NCBI GenBank assembly: GCA_051942245.1
Contig: JAVECL010000233.1
Coordinates: forward strand, 1 to 34,231
Length of the DNA stretch: 34,231 bases
Reading direction: 5' to 3'
From: Trypethelium eluteriae
Taxonomy: Eukaryota
In this document: positions 23,142 through 34,231 of the stretch, in pieces
Position numbering within the stretch: position 1 is the first letter of the stretch
Layout of the letters: the number at the start of each line of letters is the position of its first letter
Notes under the pieces: model-generated
The model's database searches: none
Told to the model about the DNA's origin: nothing
The model's input: the letters and a program-made list of their open reading frames with translations, nothing else
Made by a program: the position numbers and the translations under genes

Positions 23142-23655
23142 ATTATGAAGATGCCGTAGGTAGAGACCGCATTGATGCGAAAAAAGAATGAGCAAACCAA
23201 GACCAAAAGCCCCTCCTAGGTACTGTAGAAACGACGACAGAAGGACATGTTGCTCCAGCATTAAGAGCGTTGGAGTATGGGCGCACCTGCAGTGAGTGCA
23301 GTCCAAGGTTGGGTCTGACACGTTTCATAATCTTGCATAATAACCGAAAGGGATAGTAGACCCGACGTACGCCAAGAAACACTTGCCTTGAAGAAGAATC
23401 TAGTAAGGGCGGGAGAACGGGGTCCTTGTTGCACCGCACCGCCAGTCGTCCACATCTCTTTGCTGAGTGGAAAGGATTGAACGTTCCACGGTCGCGGTGG
23501 AGTCGGGAAATTCTTGGATGTCCGGATAGGATTTTGAGTACTGTATAGTTAATTACGATCTCCGCTTATCTAGTGACGCATGCTCCCAGAGCCACTCAGA
23601 TGTCATCCGTCAGCTCTCCCCTGCACTTACAGGCATTAATTCTGGTTTCGCTAGG

Positions 23656-24429
23656 ATGGGAGCAAAAGGGTGAATGCATAATTCGAGATCTGATTTGCCT
23701 CAAGATTAATATTCGGATAGGATATTTACAATCGCAGAAAGCCAACCCTGTCCAGCTCTCGCCGAAGTGGTAGAGCGCTTGAAGAGAGAATTTGATCCGG
23801 TCCAAGTCGGCCGCTGGAATTTTGATATTCGTCAATTTCGATCGACGACTTCATCTACAGATGGCGCATCACGCGGCGCTCCAGCAGCACCAAGTTTCCT
23901 GCAGATACTGAGCCAGCCGACCAGAGCGGGTCCACTGGAAGTGACTGTCACGACGACAGTGGAAGCTCAATCCCAGACGACCATTTCCATTCCCCCTGAT
24001 CAGGTCGAAGGTTTCCTACAATTGGTTGCTTCGAAATTGGGTGGGCTGTGGGCACCGAGGCCAACATTACAGGTCTCTGGTGGATCAGTATATGATCTTG
24101 GTGAATTCTTTGTGCGGGTTGGGGAGTTGAGACAAGCAGGTAGTCAGGTTGCATCGAGAGGCCTCATCGTTTTAATTGAAGAAGCTGATCAAGCCTCTTC
24201 AGATGAGAACGTTAGTGGCGGTAGTATAAGCTTGGCTGGTCCAGCTACTAGGGATGAGAACAGGGTTGACGGAGACGTGACGGCTGCCCGAGACACGCTG
24301 AGAAATGTCTGGGACAGCTTGCAGATGGAGGGCGCAAAGGAATTCATTAGAGCGGGTCCTCGTGATCCTGGAGCTACCAGATTCGACGAAGCCCAACTCT
24401 GCTGCGAGGCTTTGCGCTTACGCAGTTGA
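23656..24429 (+). CDS. MED20: Mediator of RNA polymerase II transcription subunit 20; exons 23656-23669, 23721-24429
   Basis: MGAKG|IFTI start via intron GTGAAT..TAG; GRWNFDIRQFR, KLGGLWAPRPTLQVSGGSVYDLGEFFVRVGELR, C-terminal CEALR resemble fungal Srb2/Med20. Confidence 0.8.
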
Positions 24430-25607
24430 AGAATGTTTGTCGTGCACAAGATTGATCATGAGGAAGCTTTCGTAAGCAGATGAGTCGTACAACCAGGGAG
24501 CACGATAAGAATCAATGTCGACGAAGCATACTGAAGATTATAGACAAGGTAGCTCTTCTGCCATGTCTGTTCGATGATCTACTGGGTTCTGACACAGCCA
24601 TTTTCGAGTGATTGCTGAGGGATCCACGAGAATATGCGGCAATCACAATATCGGTCACCGCCAGTGTCAGCCAGGCCTCTTGGCACCAACATTCCTCCTT
24701 TCACCCCTTGATGGCACAACAGACTGGATTTGGCCTGCGTCTTGTGCCTCTCGGACATGAGCTGCTCCCAGCAGTCATGCCGGCGGCCGGCCTAGCTTTA
24801 ACAGTTGGTTCTGTGCCACCACTCGGCAGTATTCGGATGCCAACTTCACCTAGTGGAGCTACCGAGACAGGCAATTCGTTGAAGCGTAAGATGAAAAGGG
24901 AACTGACACGCTGGAGTGCAGGCCGCGCGTAGCTAATTCGCAGTATATGCTCACCTAGATTTGTTTGATTTGTTTAAGTGGTTTGATTCGTTCGTTAAGC
25001 CCTGTTGCACGATAAAGTCAAACTGCAGATTGACGCTGAAGTGGAGAGGTCGGCCGACGGTGAGAGACGGTAGTGGCGGGCGATGACCAGGCTGAGGCAA
25101 GCGAAATCGATCTCCAGGGGCACGGGCGAACCGCCCGGGAGATCTCCCTGGATTCTTTAGCTCAACACCATAGCACCACCAGCATCCATGATGCCTCCCG
25201 GCCAGGCCGTCCCCGTACAAGGATTTCTTTTGCGCCGTGTTTCAAACAATGCAGCCAACGGCCGCTATCTCAACCTGTAATCTGCAACACTTGCACCAGT
25301 AGATAACGCCAAAATATGAAGGCCCCACACTGCCTTCATATCACCACCTCTCCCCCTCACATGGGTTAAAGTCTTACTGTAACGTTTTTATTCTGCTTCA
25401 AGTCGCTCCTTTTTTGGCAGGCCATCCACTCCTTGGTCTGGCTCCAAACCCTCCTTCGGGAGTATCTGTCACTCATTCACTTGCGCTTTAGCAGACCATT
25501 CACTCATTTCGTTGTTGATCAACACGACACACTCATTTACACTTTAAAGTCATTCTGTCTATTTTTCACTGTTTTGAGAGATTTTCAGCATTCATTCCAT
25601 ATTCATC

Positions 25608-27154
25608 ATGAAAACCACCACTGCATTCTTGCTGCCGATAGGCCTCAGTGCAATCAGCACGACTGTAGACGCAGCTACTGTTCTTGCCCATTTCATGGTT
25701 CAGAACTCGTATGCTTACAGCGTATCAACATGGCAAGAAGATATGACAAGTGCGCAGCAAGTTGGCATCGATGGCTTCGCTCTCAACTGGATCCCTCCTT
25801 ACTGCAGCTCGACCGACGCACATCATAACCTGGCCTGGCAAGCGGATCAAATCGCGAACGCTTTCACTGCTGCTGAACAACAGGACTTTAAACTCACTCT
25901 TTCGTTCGATATGAGTTACGGGGTCGGCAGCAACTGCCCCACTGGTCTGGCATGGAATGAGACTTATATGTCTTCCATCATTAGTAACTACACCAACAGC
26001 AGCGCCGCATACAAGTGGAACAATCAAATGCTGGTGACGACCTATGCTGGAGAGAAATACGGAAATGCCTTCTTTCAATACTTAAAGCAAACGCTGTCGG
26101 CACAAGACATCCATATCAGCATTGCTCCCGGTTTCACAAGTTATGCATACGCTGCACAGAATGAGGCTGCTGCAGGCCAAGCCAATGCTTTTATGTCCGA
26201 ATTTGATGCCCTTGATGGGTTTCTCAACTGTGAATACTCTCCACTGAATGTCCAAATTTAGGCACTGACAAGAAGCAGGGCAATCTTGGCCACTGAACAA
26301 GAAACTCAATAACACTGGAGATATTGATGTCGCGCTACAGAGCACACTCAAAGCCGCCGGCAAAACCGGTCCCTACATCATGAGTATGTCTCAAAACTCC
26401 ATCACCCTCTCAACCCTCGCTAATCTCCGCTCCAGCCATCTCCCCCTGGCAATATAAGGACCTCAACGACGGCAACCCTGAAGACAGCTGGGTCTCCTAC
26501 TCCGACTACCTCTTCCCCTCCCGCTTCGAGTCCGCCGTCTCCACCGTCCACCCGGACATCATCGAGCTCCAGACCTGGAACGACTGGGGCGAATCCCACT
26601 ACCTCCGCGACTTGCCAGCCTCTTTCTCCTCTGGTCCCGCTTCCGCCACTCTCGGCACCATGCAGAACTACGTCAACAACCAGTCTCACTCTGCCTGGCG
26701 CATCATCGCTGACTACTACATCAACTGGTACAAGAGCGGCTCCCCGCCCGACATCACCCAGGACCAGGTCGTCTACTGGTACCGCACCCACCCGAAGGAC
26801 GCGACCTGCAACGGAGGCGGCAGCGTGCGGAACGCACAGTTGCCCGCTGATGCGGTGTTTGCCTGGGCGCTCGTCCGCAATAATGCGACGGTGACGATGA
26901 GCGCGGGCCAGAATGCGTTCTGGCAGTTCAATGCGAATGGCACGGGCCCGCAGATGGGAATGGTACCGTTCCCCAATGACTTGGGGGATGGAATTCTGCC
27001 GGAGGTATCGATTTCCAATGGAGGGAGCTCGATCACGGGGAATGCGTCGACGTATATCACCAGTGATTGCGATTACATGAACTTCAACCCTGTCGTCGGC
27101 CTGGTGGGGCCAGGGGACAAAGTGGGTGCAACCAATCAGAAGGTGCTTGGATAA
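25608..27154 (+). CDS. Secreted GH71 alpha-1,3-glucanase (mutanase); exons 25608-26229, 26279-26383, 26436-27154
   Basis: Signal peptide; VLAHFMVQN, WQEDM..AQQVGIDGFALN, LSFDMS, DGFLN|WQSWP, ISPWQYK, IIELQTWNDWGESHY, YWYRTHPK, NFNPVVG. Confidence 0.94.
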
Positions 27155-27352
27155 GAAAGAGGAAGATGAAGCGCATTAGCGGACTCGACGAAGGTACACG
27201 TGCATAGTGGATTGGCTGGGATACAACCTTGGTGGATAGAGTTTACATTCATGATCTCTTTTGGATATTATGAGTTTCGAATACTGTACATATAGTTTAC
27301 TTCGCCAGAGACCTCCCCTAGCCACAGGCAGGGCGGCTCTCTTAAATTCGGG

Positions 27353-28877
27353 TCACAATTTTGGTAACGATCTATCGCCTCGCTCAAGTGTCTCGACGTC
27401 CAGCTGCAAACCTGCCTTATTAAGGTTATCGAGGAAGGGCTGGCCCAACGTCGCAGGCGTAAGTACGCCACCGCCAAGCTTATGCGCGAGGGTATCAGAG
27501 CGCAGAAGAACAAGGGCTGCTTCAGCGAGGAAGACGCCAGTCAAGTGGTAGAAGCTACCGGTCCATTTCAGTGTTGCCACGGCACGGGGACGCTGCGTGG
27601 CGGATGAGTCGGCAGTACCGAGGGCTTTGCAGATGAACAAGTCGCGCGCCGTCTCTCTATTTTGGGTGAGCCTTGTCAAAGAAAAAGATTTATTGTCTAG
27701 CTTGAGCACGTACTCTTTTGTGGGACCTTGCCCAGGAGCATACACTAGCTTCTTCATCAACCATCGAGCAGGCTTGAGCAAGAGTGCCAGGGCGCCAAGG
27801 GTAAAACCCCAGTGCAGCAAAATGGCCCGGACAAAATTGCCTGCCCTTACATAAGGACTGAAGCGAAAATTAGGCCCGTAGAACGAACCAGAGCCAATAA
27901 GCCCCCAAGACCGATAGACGATCGTTCTATCGCTGGCGCCATTGATAGATGTTGTAAGAGTGCCCAGTTCAGATACAGAACGTATTCCAGTCAAGCTACG
28001 GACAAGCCTGCTCCAAAGACTAGGCTTGGCTTTAGAAGATTTTGGAGGAGCGATGGGGGATATAGCGTAGGGCTTCGAGGACTTGACGATATGTGAGATA
28101 GGATAGAAGTCCATAACGCTCATGAGAGTAGCAAAAGTACCACCACTTGGTGTCCCTATGACTTTCATGATGCTGAAAACAACCTCCGCTGTAGGCAATG
28201 ATGCCGTCCGACGAAGATGAGTGACTAAGAGCCAGGCCAGCATATCAGCTGGTGCACTCTCAATCCCGATCTGAGGAATGATCTATCTCGTAATTTAGCC
28301 ACATATAAATGCGAATAGGTGTTCAGAGCTAGATGCCAGGGCATTATTCCTGGAAGGTACCTACAATTGCTCCATTACTCTTTGCAAGATCATTATACTG
28401 ACGGACAATATCGTACACCCAAGGACTTTCACCTGTTACGTCAAGATAATGCGTCCCAGTTGCAGCGCAAGCCTCCACCACATGGGTACCATAGAGATGA
28501 TACGGTCCCACGGTGCTGATGAGAAGTCGTGTCTTCCTTGCCAGCGCGTAGAGGTCATCTTTGGTGAGCTGAGCTACTTCGACATCTGCATCTAATCAGA
28601 GAGGCGCTAAGTGCGTGGACTTTTGGAAGAGGTACCAGGCTCAATCCTATCTGGGTTTAGCTTTTTCAAATCTTGGACAAGATCCGACAGCTTTGAAGCC
28701 GAACGACCTGCTACTGCCCATTTCAGGTCCGTAGGAAGGTTGGTGGTAATGTGCTCAACAGTGTACTTTCCGGTGTAGCTGCGAATAGATTAAAACCGGT
28801 CCAGGAACAGGGCGGAGGAACACCAACCCAGTAGCTCCAAAGACGATAACATCATACTGACGAGAACTCGAAGCCAT
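27353..28877 (-). CDS. Saccharopine dehydrogenase-like (trans-acting enoyl reductase/SCCPDH family) oxidoreductase; 5 exons, including an in-frame intron at 27657-27713
   Basis: MASSSRQYDVIVFGATG|YTGKY, KWAVAGRS..KL, LISTVGPYHLYG..VVEACA..GTHYLDVTGE, GIESAPAD, PSGGT, TGVFLAEAA, GGVLTPA; ends in PKL*. Confidence 0.92.
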
Positions 28878-29331
28878 TATCTTAAAAGAAACCGGTAGAG
28901 TTGTGGGTTAGATTTCACGATTTAACGCTACACTCTAGGTAGACATTGTTGAACTGCTGATCACAGGGAATAGGAATTATGAACGAAAACGATGAACGAA
29001 AATACTGAGCGAAAACGGAACAGCCCGATTTCGACATAGCGCCCTAGATTTCCTAGGTTTCATCATGTCCTCCGTAGCGATAGGGCGAAAGGCCGAGGTG
29101 TCGAGCGCGCACGTGAGGGAACTTGTCGACTTCCCGATTCCGTTGAGATGCCTGAGGCAAAAGGAAATCACCGTCCTACCGTCCCCTGCCGTGCCTGCTT
29201 CCTAAGCGAGGCCAGTTCTGGTCCGTGCGCACACCACCATCCTTGAATTACGCTCTCTCCGAAGTGCACAGTTCCACAATAACCAACCTTTTCAACGACT
29301 TCATAGTCAATACTTCACCGAATCCGCCACA

Positions 29332-30323
29332 ATGACGAAGCGCACGAAGAGTAAGTGAAGAGAGCCTTCGAATACTTTGGCTTTACTGATCAAAATGCAC
29401 TACAGAAGTAGGAATTACTGGAAAATAGTGAGTGGATCCCCATATCTCCATGTTCAACGTGACAATTGCTTATGTTTCATACACAGCGGTACGAGGTAAG
29501 TAGACTCGTGAATTTGAACCCTCTCCTTTGGTCATGGTACTGGAGCTGGAGCGCACGATCCTTCCCACCAAGCAAGCGAATCCCAGAAAGCGCAAACATT
29601 CTTAGCAATAGCTATATCAATATCCAGATATTCCGAATGTTCAGAAGCCGGCCGAACCAAATCCTGGCAGCTCTTACTCATCTCCAGGATTTCTGAGATG
29701 AAAGGCGCCAAGATTTTGTCCGAAAGGCTTCAGACTTTCTAGGACCTAGGAGGCAGGGCTACGAGTTAAGAATCCAGAAGCCACACAACTTACGAACTTA
29801 TACCGACGGTCTTCGGGCGGTTGGGGGGATCATGCGCTTCTGGCTCCGGGTGATCATGTCGCCGCTATGCAGTATTCGTCCTAAACTCGCAGATAGATAT
29901 GGCGCCTCTCTTCGAAAGCAAGTGAAGAAACAAGAGATTACACAGCATGCACGATGTAGGTCCATTGTTCTTGTAGCTTCGCGCGCTCCCCTTGTCGAAG
30001 AGTCGTCTCTCTGCCTCCTGCTGCAACGAATACCACAAGAAAACCCAAACTTCAGAGTCCAGCTGACCAGGCTCGTTCAACCCACAGATCCATGCAGCTT
30101 CTGCGGCAAAACGACAGTTAAGCGTGTGTCTACTGGAATTTGGAAATGCAAGGCATGCCGAAAGACCCTTGCGGGAGGAGCATATGTCGTCTCGTAAGTT
30201 GAATAATTCATCTGTCAAGGAGAAGGGAATGGGCAAAGGGTTAACGGGCCGATCAACAGTACTCCTCCAGCTGCCGCGACACGTTCAACGATTCGTCGTT
30301 TGAGAGACATTGCGGAGCAATAG
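29332..30323 (+). CDS. RPL43: 60S ribosomal protein L43 (eL43/L37a); exons 29332-29350, 29406-29427, 29487-29495, 29897-29955, 30088-30193, 30260-30323
   Basis: MTKRTK|KVGITGK|YGT|RYGASLRKQVKKQEITQHAR|YPCSFCGKTTVKRVSTGIWKCKACRKTLAGGAYVVS|TPPAAATRSTIRRLRDIAEQ*; C4 zinc finger; all five introns GT-AG. Confidence 0.97.
29533..29858 (+). ncRNA. Candidate structured intronic RNA element in RPL43 intron 3
   Basis: 29533-29569 pairs with 29819-29858 (~35 WC/GU pairs). Internal hairpins, plus a C(UUCG)G and a C(GAAA)G tetraloop. Confidence 0.5.
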
Positions 30324-31247
30324 ACAGACTGGGTCGTGTTATCGTTGGCGCTCCGGGCTTCAATTTGCTTTTCATGGGTGGTCTGAATTGGGTCACATAT
30401 GCCTCTACGATGTCAATAACATATCAATGAGTCGGGCTGGCAGCCATACCCATATTTTGACGCTTTCAAGGGTGAACAAGTTGCTAGCAATGTGCTTGGC
30501 TCGATGAAGATGACAGGTTATTAAGGAAGACCGGCTCTTGCGATATTATAGACATCCTATACATAACTCTGGAGGCCCCGTATCGAAGTGACAATCACAG
30601 GAGCTTTCTGACGAGCCGACTCCACGCGAAAGCATTGCGGTCGTCAGGGCTGTTACAGGTGGGGCGCCTTGTTCAAGTACGTCAAGTAACCAGCTCGCGG
30701 GCCATTCTGCACTGAGCGGCTGCCTGGATAGGCCTGAATTTTTACACATGTTTCAGTCCGCATTTGCGTTATGCGATTGCTTATACAATCCCTTGATTAT
30801 GAGTTTACACAAATCGCGAATTATGCAAAGCTTGCATATATGAGCTAGGCATGTTTCGGTGTGACCGCTTGGGAGGTCACCGGGCTCGCTGGTCGTGACG
30901 AAAGTAATTTTTAGGCAAGCTAAGACTCATTCTTTCCGTCGTCTCTTTTGCGGTGATGATGACCGAGGGAGGGTCACATTGATTCACATCAGCATACCAG
31001 CCACCAGGACGCGCAGGCTCGTGGTGGTACCGAAGACGCTGCAGATTATCGTTTTTGCCTGGTGCTGGGTTCTGCGCTGGCCAACTGCATTTTAGCGCCT
31101 TGCCTTAGTGACCCTTTAAAGCTGCTTCTTTGCCCCACGACCTCGTCTGTCTACTATTCCCAACTCCACCCTCTCTCCTCATTCCCTCCATGAAATCAAG
31201 TTTGTACCTTGAGATTTTGCTCCTTCACTCACCTCATACCACTTCGC

Positions 31248-33175
31248 ATGGCGGACACCTGTATTGTCTGCCTCGGTGACCTGGCCGGCGCTCGTGAGGA
31301 GTCTCCCCCGAAGCCGACTCTAGCCACCGACGACGAGCTTCAAGTCGTACGCGAGACTACTTCACTTCCGACCAATGGCGAAGACTCGAGCCATGCCCCG
31401 AAAGAAGACGACGAAACTATTGCCCACCTTCTGCCTTGTGGACACAATCTCCACAACGCATGCCTTAAGCCATGGGTGGAAAGGGCGAATAGTTGTCCGA
31501 CATGCAGGGCAAGCTTCAATACAGTAGAATTGAGCACGATCGTTGGTGGTGAGTCGATGCAATTTGATTCTTTGCACGAAGAGTTTTTGCTGATTCGCCG
31601 TCGTGTTTAGGTCCTGTCTGGGCATCATATGCCGTCCAAGATAAGCAACAAGCAGCTGAAATCGACCCCTCAATGATAGTCGATGATGACCTTTTTGATG
31701 GGCCCATCGGACCGCCCTGCCTGGTCTGTGAAGAGATTGGCGATGATGAGACTCTTTTGCTGTGCGACGGATGCGAGGCAGCATGTCATGTGTCCTGCGC
31801 AGGTTTGCAAAGAGTCCCTCGAGGGCCTTGGTATTGCGACCATTGTCAAGAAGATGATCATGTCCGTATACCACCACGTCAACCAAGTCGTATCACACAG
31901 AGACATCGCACAAGAGCAAGCCAACGACGATCTCGTCGCACTGCTGCCGACTCTTGGACCCGCGTATGGCAGTCTGTAATGGACCGTCTTCATTTTGACT
32001 TGGATTTCCCTTTCGACGACGACGATGATGGACCTACCCAACGACAAACGGAAGCTGAACGGAGGGAATTCCTTGAGTATCAGCGCCGTTATGAAGTTGC
32101 TGCTCGGCAGGGTGGCGCGCAACGCTTTCGTGCCATCGCCCCTACGTTGCTCGAACGCAATCCAGAGAACGGTGATAAAGGAACAGACCCATCACCTGAA
32201 TCGCAAGAAGAAATCAGAGCATGGAACGCTTTTGACAAGGCCAGGGAACTGGCCAATGGATCTCAGTCAAATAACAGGAGAAAGCGGAAGTCCACTACTG
32301 CCTCCCCAGTGGAGCCTGAACCCGAGGCTGAGCGGAAGTTCAAGCGTCCTCGGACTACAAGAACCAATGATTCTGCCCCTGCAATCAACGGTGACTCGCC
32401 CGAATCTTCGCGTGCCGCACTCAACAGAGGCTCTGCGGTTATTCAACGTCCGCGGAATCTCCAGCTAGACTCTGAAAGGGCTACTGGTGGATCAAATTTT
32501 CTTCAATCTCTATTAAAAGAGGTCGAGAGCTCACATACACCCGGCGTGCAGCAAAACACCACCGGCTCTCCACTCCCAACATCAGAACCGCATCACTCGC
32601 CTCGACCGTCCTCTCCAGACAGTTCGCCAACACCTTCTAACCACGGAACTCCTCGGGCTGTTTCAACAACACCTCCTCCTGAACAGAATGCACGCCAATC
32701 TTCTCCTACTCCTTTGACATCAAGCGTGCTACCGGTCTTTCCCACCGTTCCTGAGTTCTCACCCTTCTCGCCTGTAAATGGCACATGCGATAATCCACCA
32801 CTATCAGACGACGGACCGACTTCACGCTCTAGGCCACTTCAGCGGAATGGACACAGATCGCCGGATTCGAGTCCGGTGCGATCCAAAGACACCTCTCCCA
32901 CCCGAGCAAATATGCCTTTCTCCACCAAGCAAGAAATTCAAAAGATGGTCTCAACTGCATTGAAACCGCGTTACAAAAAACAGGAATTGAATCGCGAACA
33001 GTTCACAGAAATCAATAGAGATATCTCGCGCATGTTGTACGATAAGGTTGGCGATGCCGGGGCGTTGTCAGATCAAAAGGATCGGGAACACTGGCAGCGT
33101 ATCGCTACTGAGGAGGTGGACAACGCGCTGAAAGCGCTAAATGGCGTGGAAGTCAAGGCAGTAGCCTCTTCTTGA
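31248..33175 (+). CDS. RING-finger + PHD-finger protein with C-terminal SRI-like domain (PHRF1/Asr1-like); exons 31248-31548, 31611-33175
   Basis: CIVC...LPCGHNLHNACLKPW...CPTCR (RING-H2); CLVC..LLLCDGCEAACHVSC..GPWYCDHC (PHD); S/P-rich linker; KQEIQKMVSTALKPRY..REQFTEINR..SR. Confidence 0.92.
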
Positions 33176-33577
33176 GCCAAAACTAAGGCATGGAAATTTG
33201 GGAGGCGCACGGGTGGCTGCGTTTGGTTCGTTCGGTTCAGGGGCGTAAGATATGCGTACCTAGATACCCCCTCCATAGCATGGGATGCGATGGACGATAC
33301 CACTTGTACATAACTCTGAGAACAATGTATTTGCGAACGAGCTATACTATCCTAACGAGATATCTTCTACGTCTTGGATTCATAATCTTGATCAACCGAT
33401 GATTACTCCGTACCGTGGGAATAATTTGTGCACTCGGTGAACGCTTCCTCGAGGCCGAATGAAAATGGGACTGCTAGTCATCTCATCTAGACCGCGTTAC
33501 TATCTGCTAGTGCCCAGATATTTAACCCAACTTCAATCCGTAGATTCACATATTCATCTCGTAATGATCCTCGGAAA

Positions 33578-34105
33578 ATGTCGTTGCAAGGAAGCCATAT
33601 TGTAGTCCTTGGGTAATATCCGTTCCTGCATTGGTGACACGACCGTTCTCTCTAACCTTCAAACAGAGCGGGCGTTGTCGGCCTGCAAACTGCTGTCTTT
33701 CTTCTTGAAGCCGGATGTAAAGTCACTCTCATTGCTGAGCATCTGCCCGGCGACCAGTCTATTGAATACACATCTCCTTGGTATGGTTTCACAATTTTTA
33801 AGTAACTCTAATTCTTTTTGCCGAATTCACCAAAATGCTTCTCCGCCGTCCATCCCGGCTTTTGTATCGCCTTTCTAGACCTTAGAAGTTGCACCTCTAG
33901 TTCATTTTGGTGGTCCTCTTTTCCCCTCTTCCATAAGGAGATTTACTAAAAAAGCATATCTAGGGCTGGAGCCCATTGGAAAACCCATGCTCAACATACA
34001 GACAAGCGACAATGTGGATGGGATGTCGAAACATACGAGTATTGGACGAATGAGTTAGCAAAGGAGCAGCAGAGACCGACGACTATAGGAAAGTCTGGGA
34101 TCGCG
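33578..34105 (+). CDS. D-amino-acid oxidase family FAD oxidoreductase, 5' part only (exons 33578-33612, 33667-33780, 33964-34105; continues beyond the window)
   Basis: HIVVLG|AGVVGLQTA (GxGxxG), VTLIAEHLPGDQSIEYTSPW|AGAHW are the DAO N-terminal motifs. Missed by the ORF track because of introns. Confidence 0.9.
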
Positions 34106-34231
34106 GTACGTTCTCTAAATGTGCTCACTCCCAAGCTTCACCTTCTGCATGTCTTTATATACAAAAAATTACACCAATCGCACGCCTACTCAAACCACTT
34201 GAACCAATTGCTAACCCCACCCCTCTTTAAC

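Noticed and set aside
23142..23321. 60-codon N-terminal extension of the GH47 ORF
   Set aside because: The Met at 23141 directly precedes the basic-plus-hydrophobic type II anchor, so the extension is more likely 5' UTR.
29690..29810. TPP riboswitch in RPL43 intron 3 (CTGAGA, GAACTT, ATACC fragments)
   Set aside because: The motifs are out of order, the conserved GATCTGGATAATACCAGCG core is missing, and the host gene is not thiamine-related.
1..34231. tRNA, rRNA, CRISPR array, transposase/Starship captain, or secondary-metabolite core gene
   Set aside because: No cloverleaf/T-loop context, repeat-spacer array, recombinase/transposase or PKS/NRPS motifs were seen.

Overview
Eukaryotic, intron-containing genomic DNA from a filamentous ascomycete (Pezizomycotina; short GT-AG introns with CTRAY branch points; the species cannot be identified from sequence alone). 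About 16 protein-coding loci can be modelled by hand. Core genes are RPS22, a Tfc7/tau55-like histidine phosphatase, an ENT nucleoside transporter, a GH47 mannosidase, MED20, a saccharopine-dehydrogenase-like oxidoreductase, RPL43, a RING+PHD protein and a partial D-amino-acid oxidase. Accessory-looking genes are an unknown membrane protein, GH27-CBM35, GH30_7, a PTH11-like receptor, a stop-interrupted DUF6593/LURP-like gene, a SAM methyltransferase and GH71. I found no tRNA, rRNA, CRISPR array or transposon. The most interesting signals are at the RNA level: (1) a ~35-bp long-range stem enclosing a structured ~250-nt domain with a hairpin-buried cryptic acceptor in RPL43 intron 3; (2) a branched fold in RPS22 intron 1; (3) two alternative terminal exons in the phosphatase gene, only one ending in a peroxisomal SKL; and (4) a single in-frame TGA in an otherwise intact gene. 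All exon boundaries and folds were read by eye and need computational confirmation.
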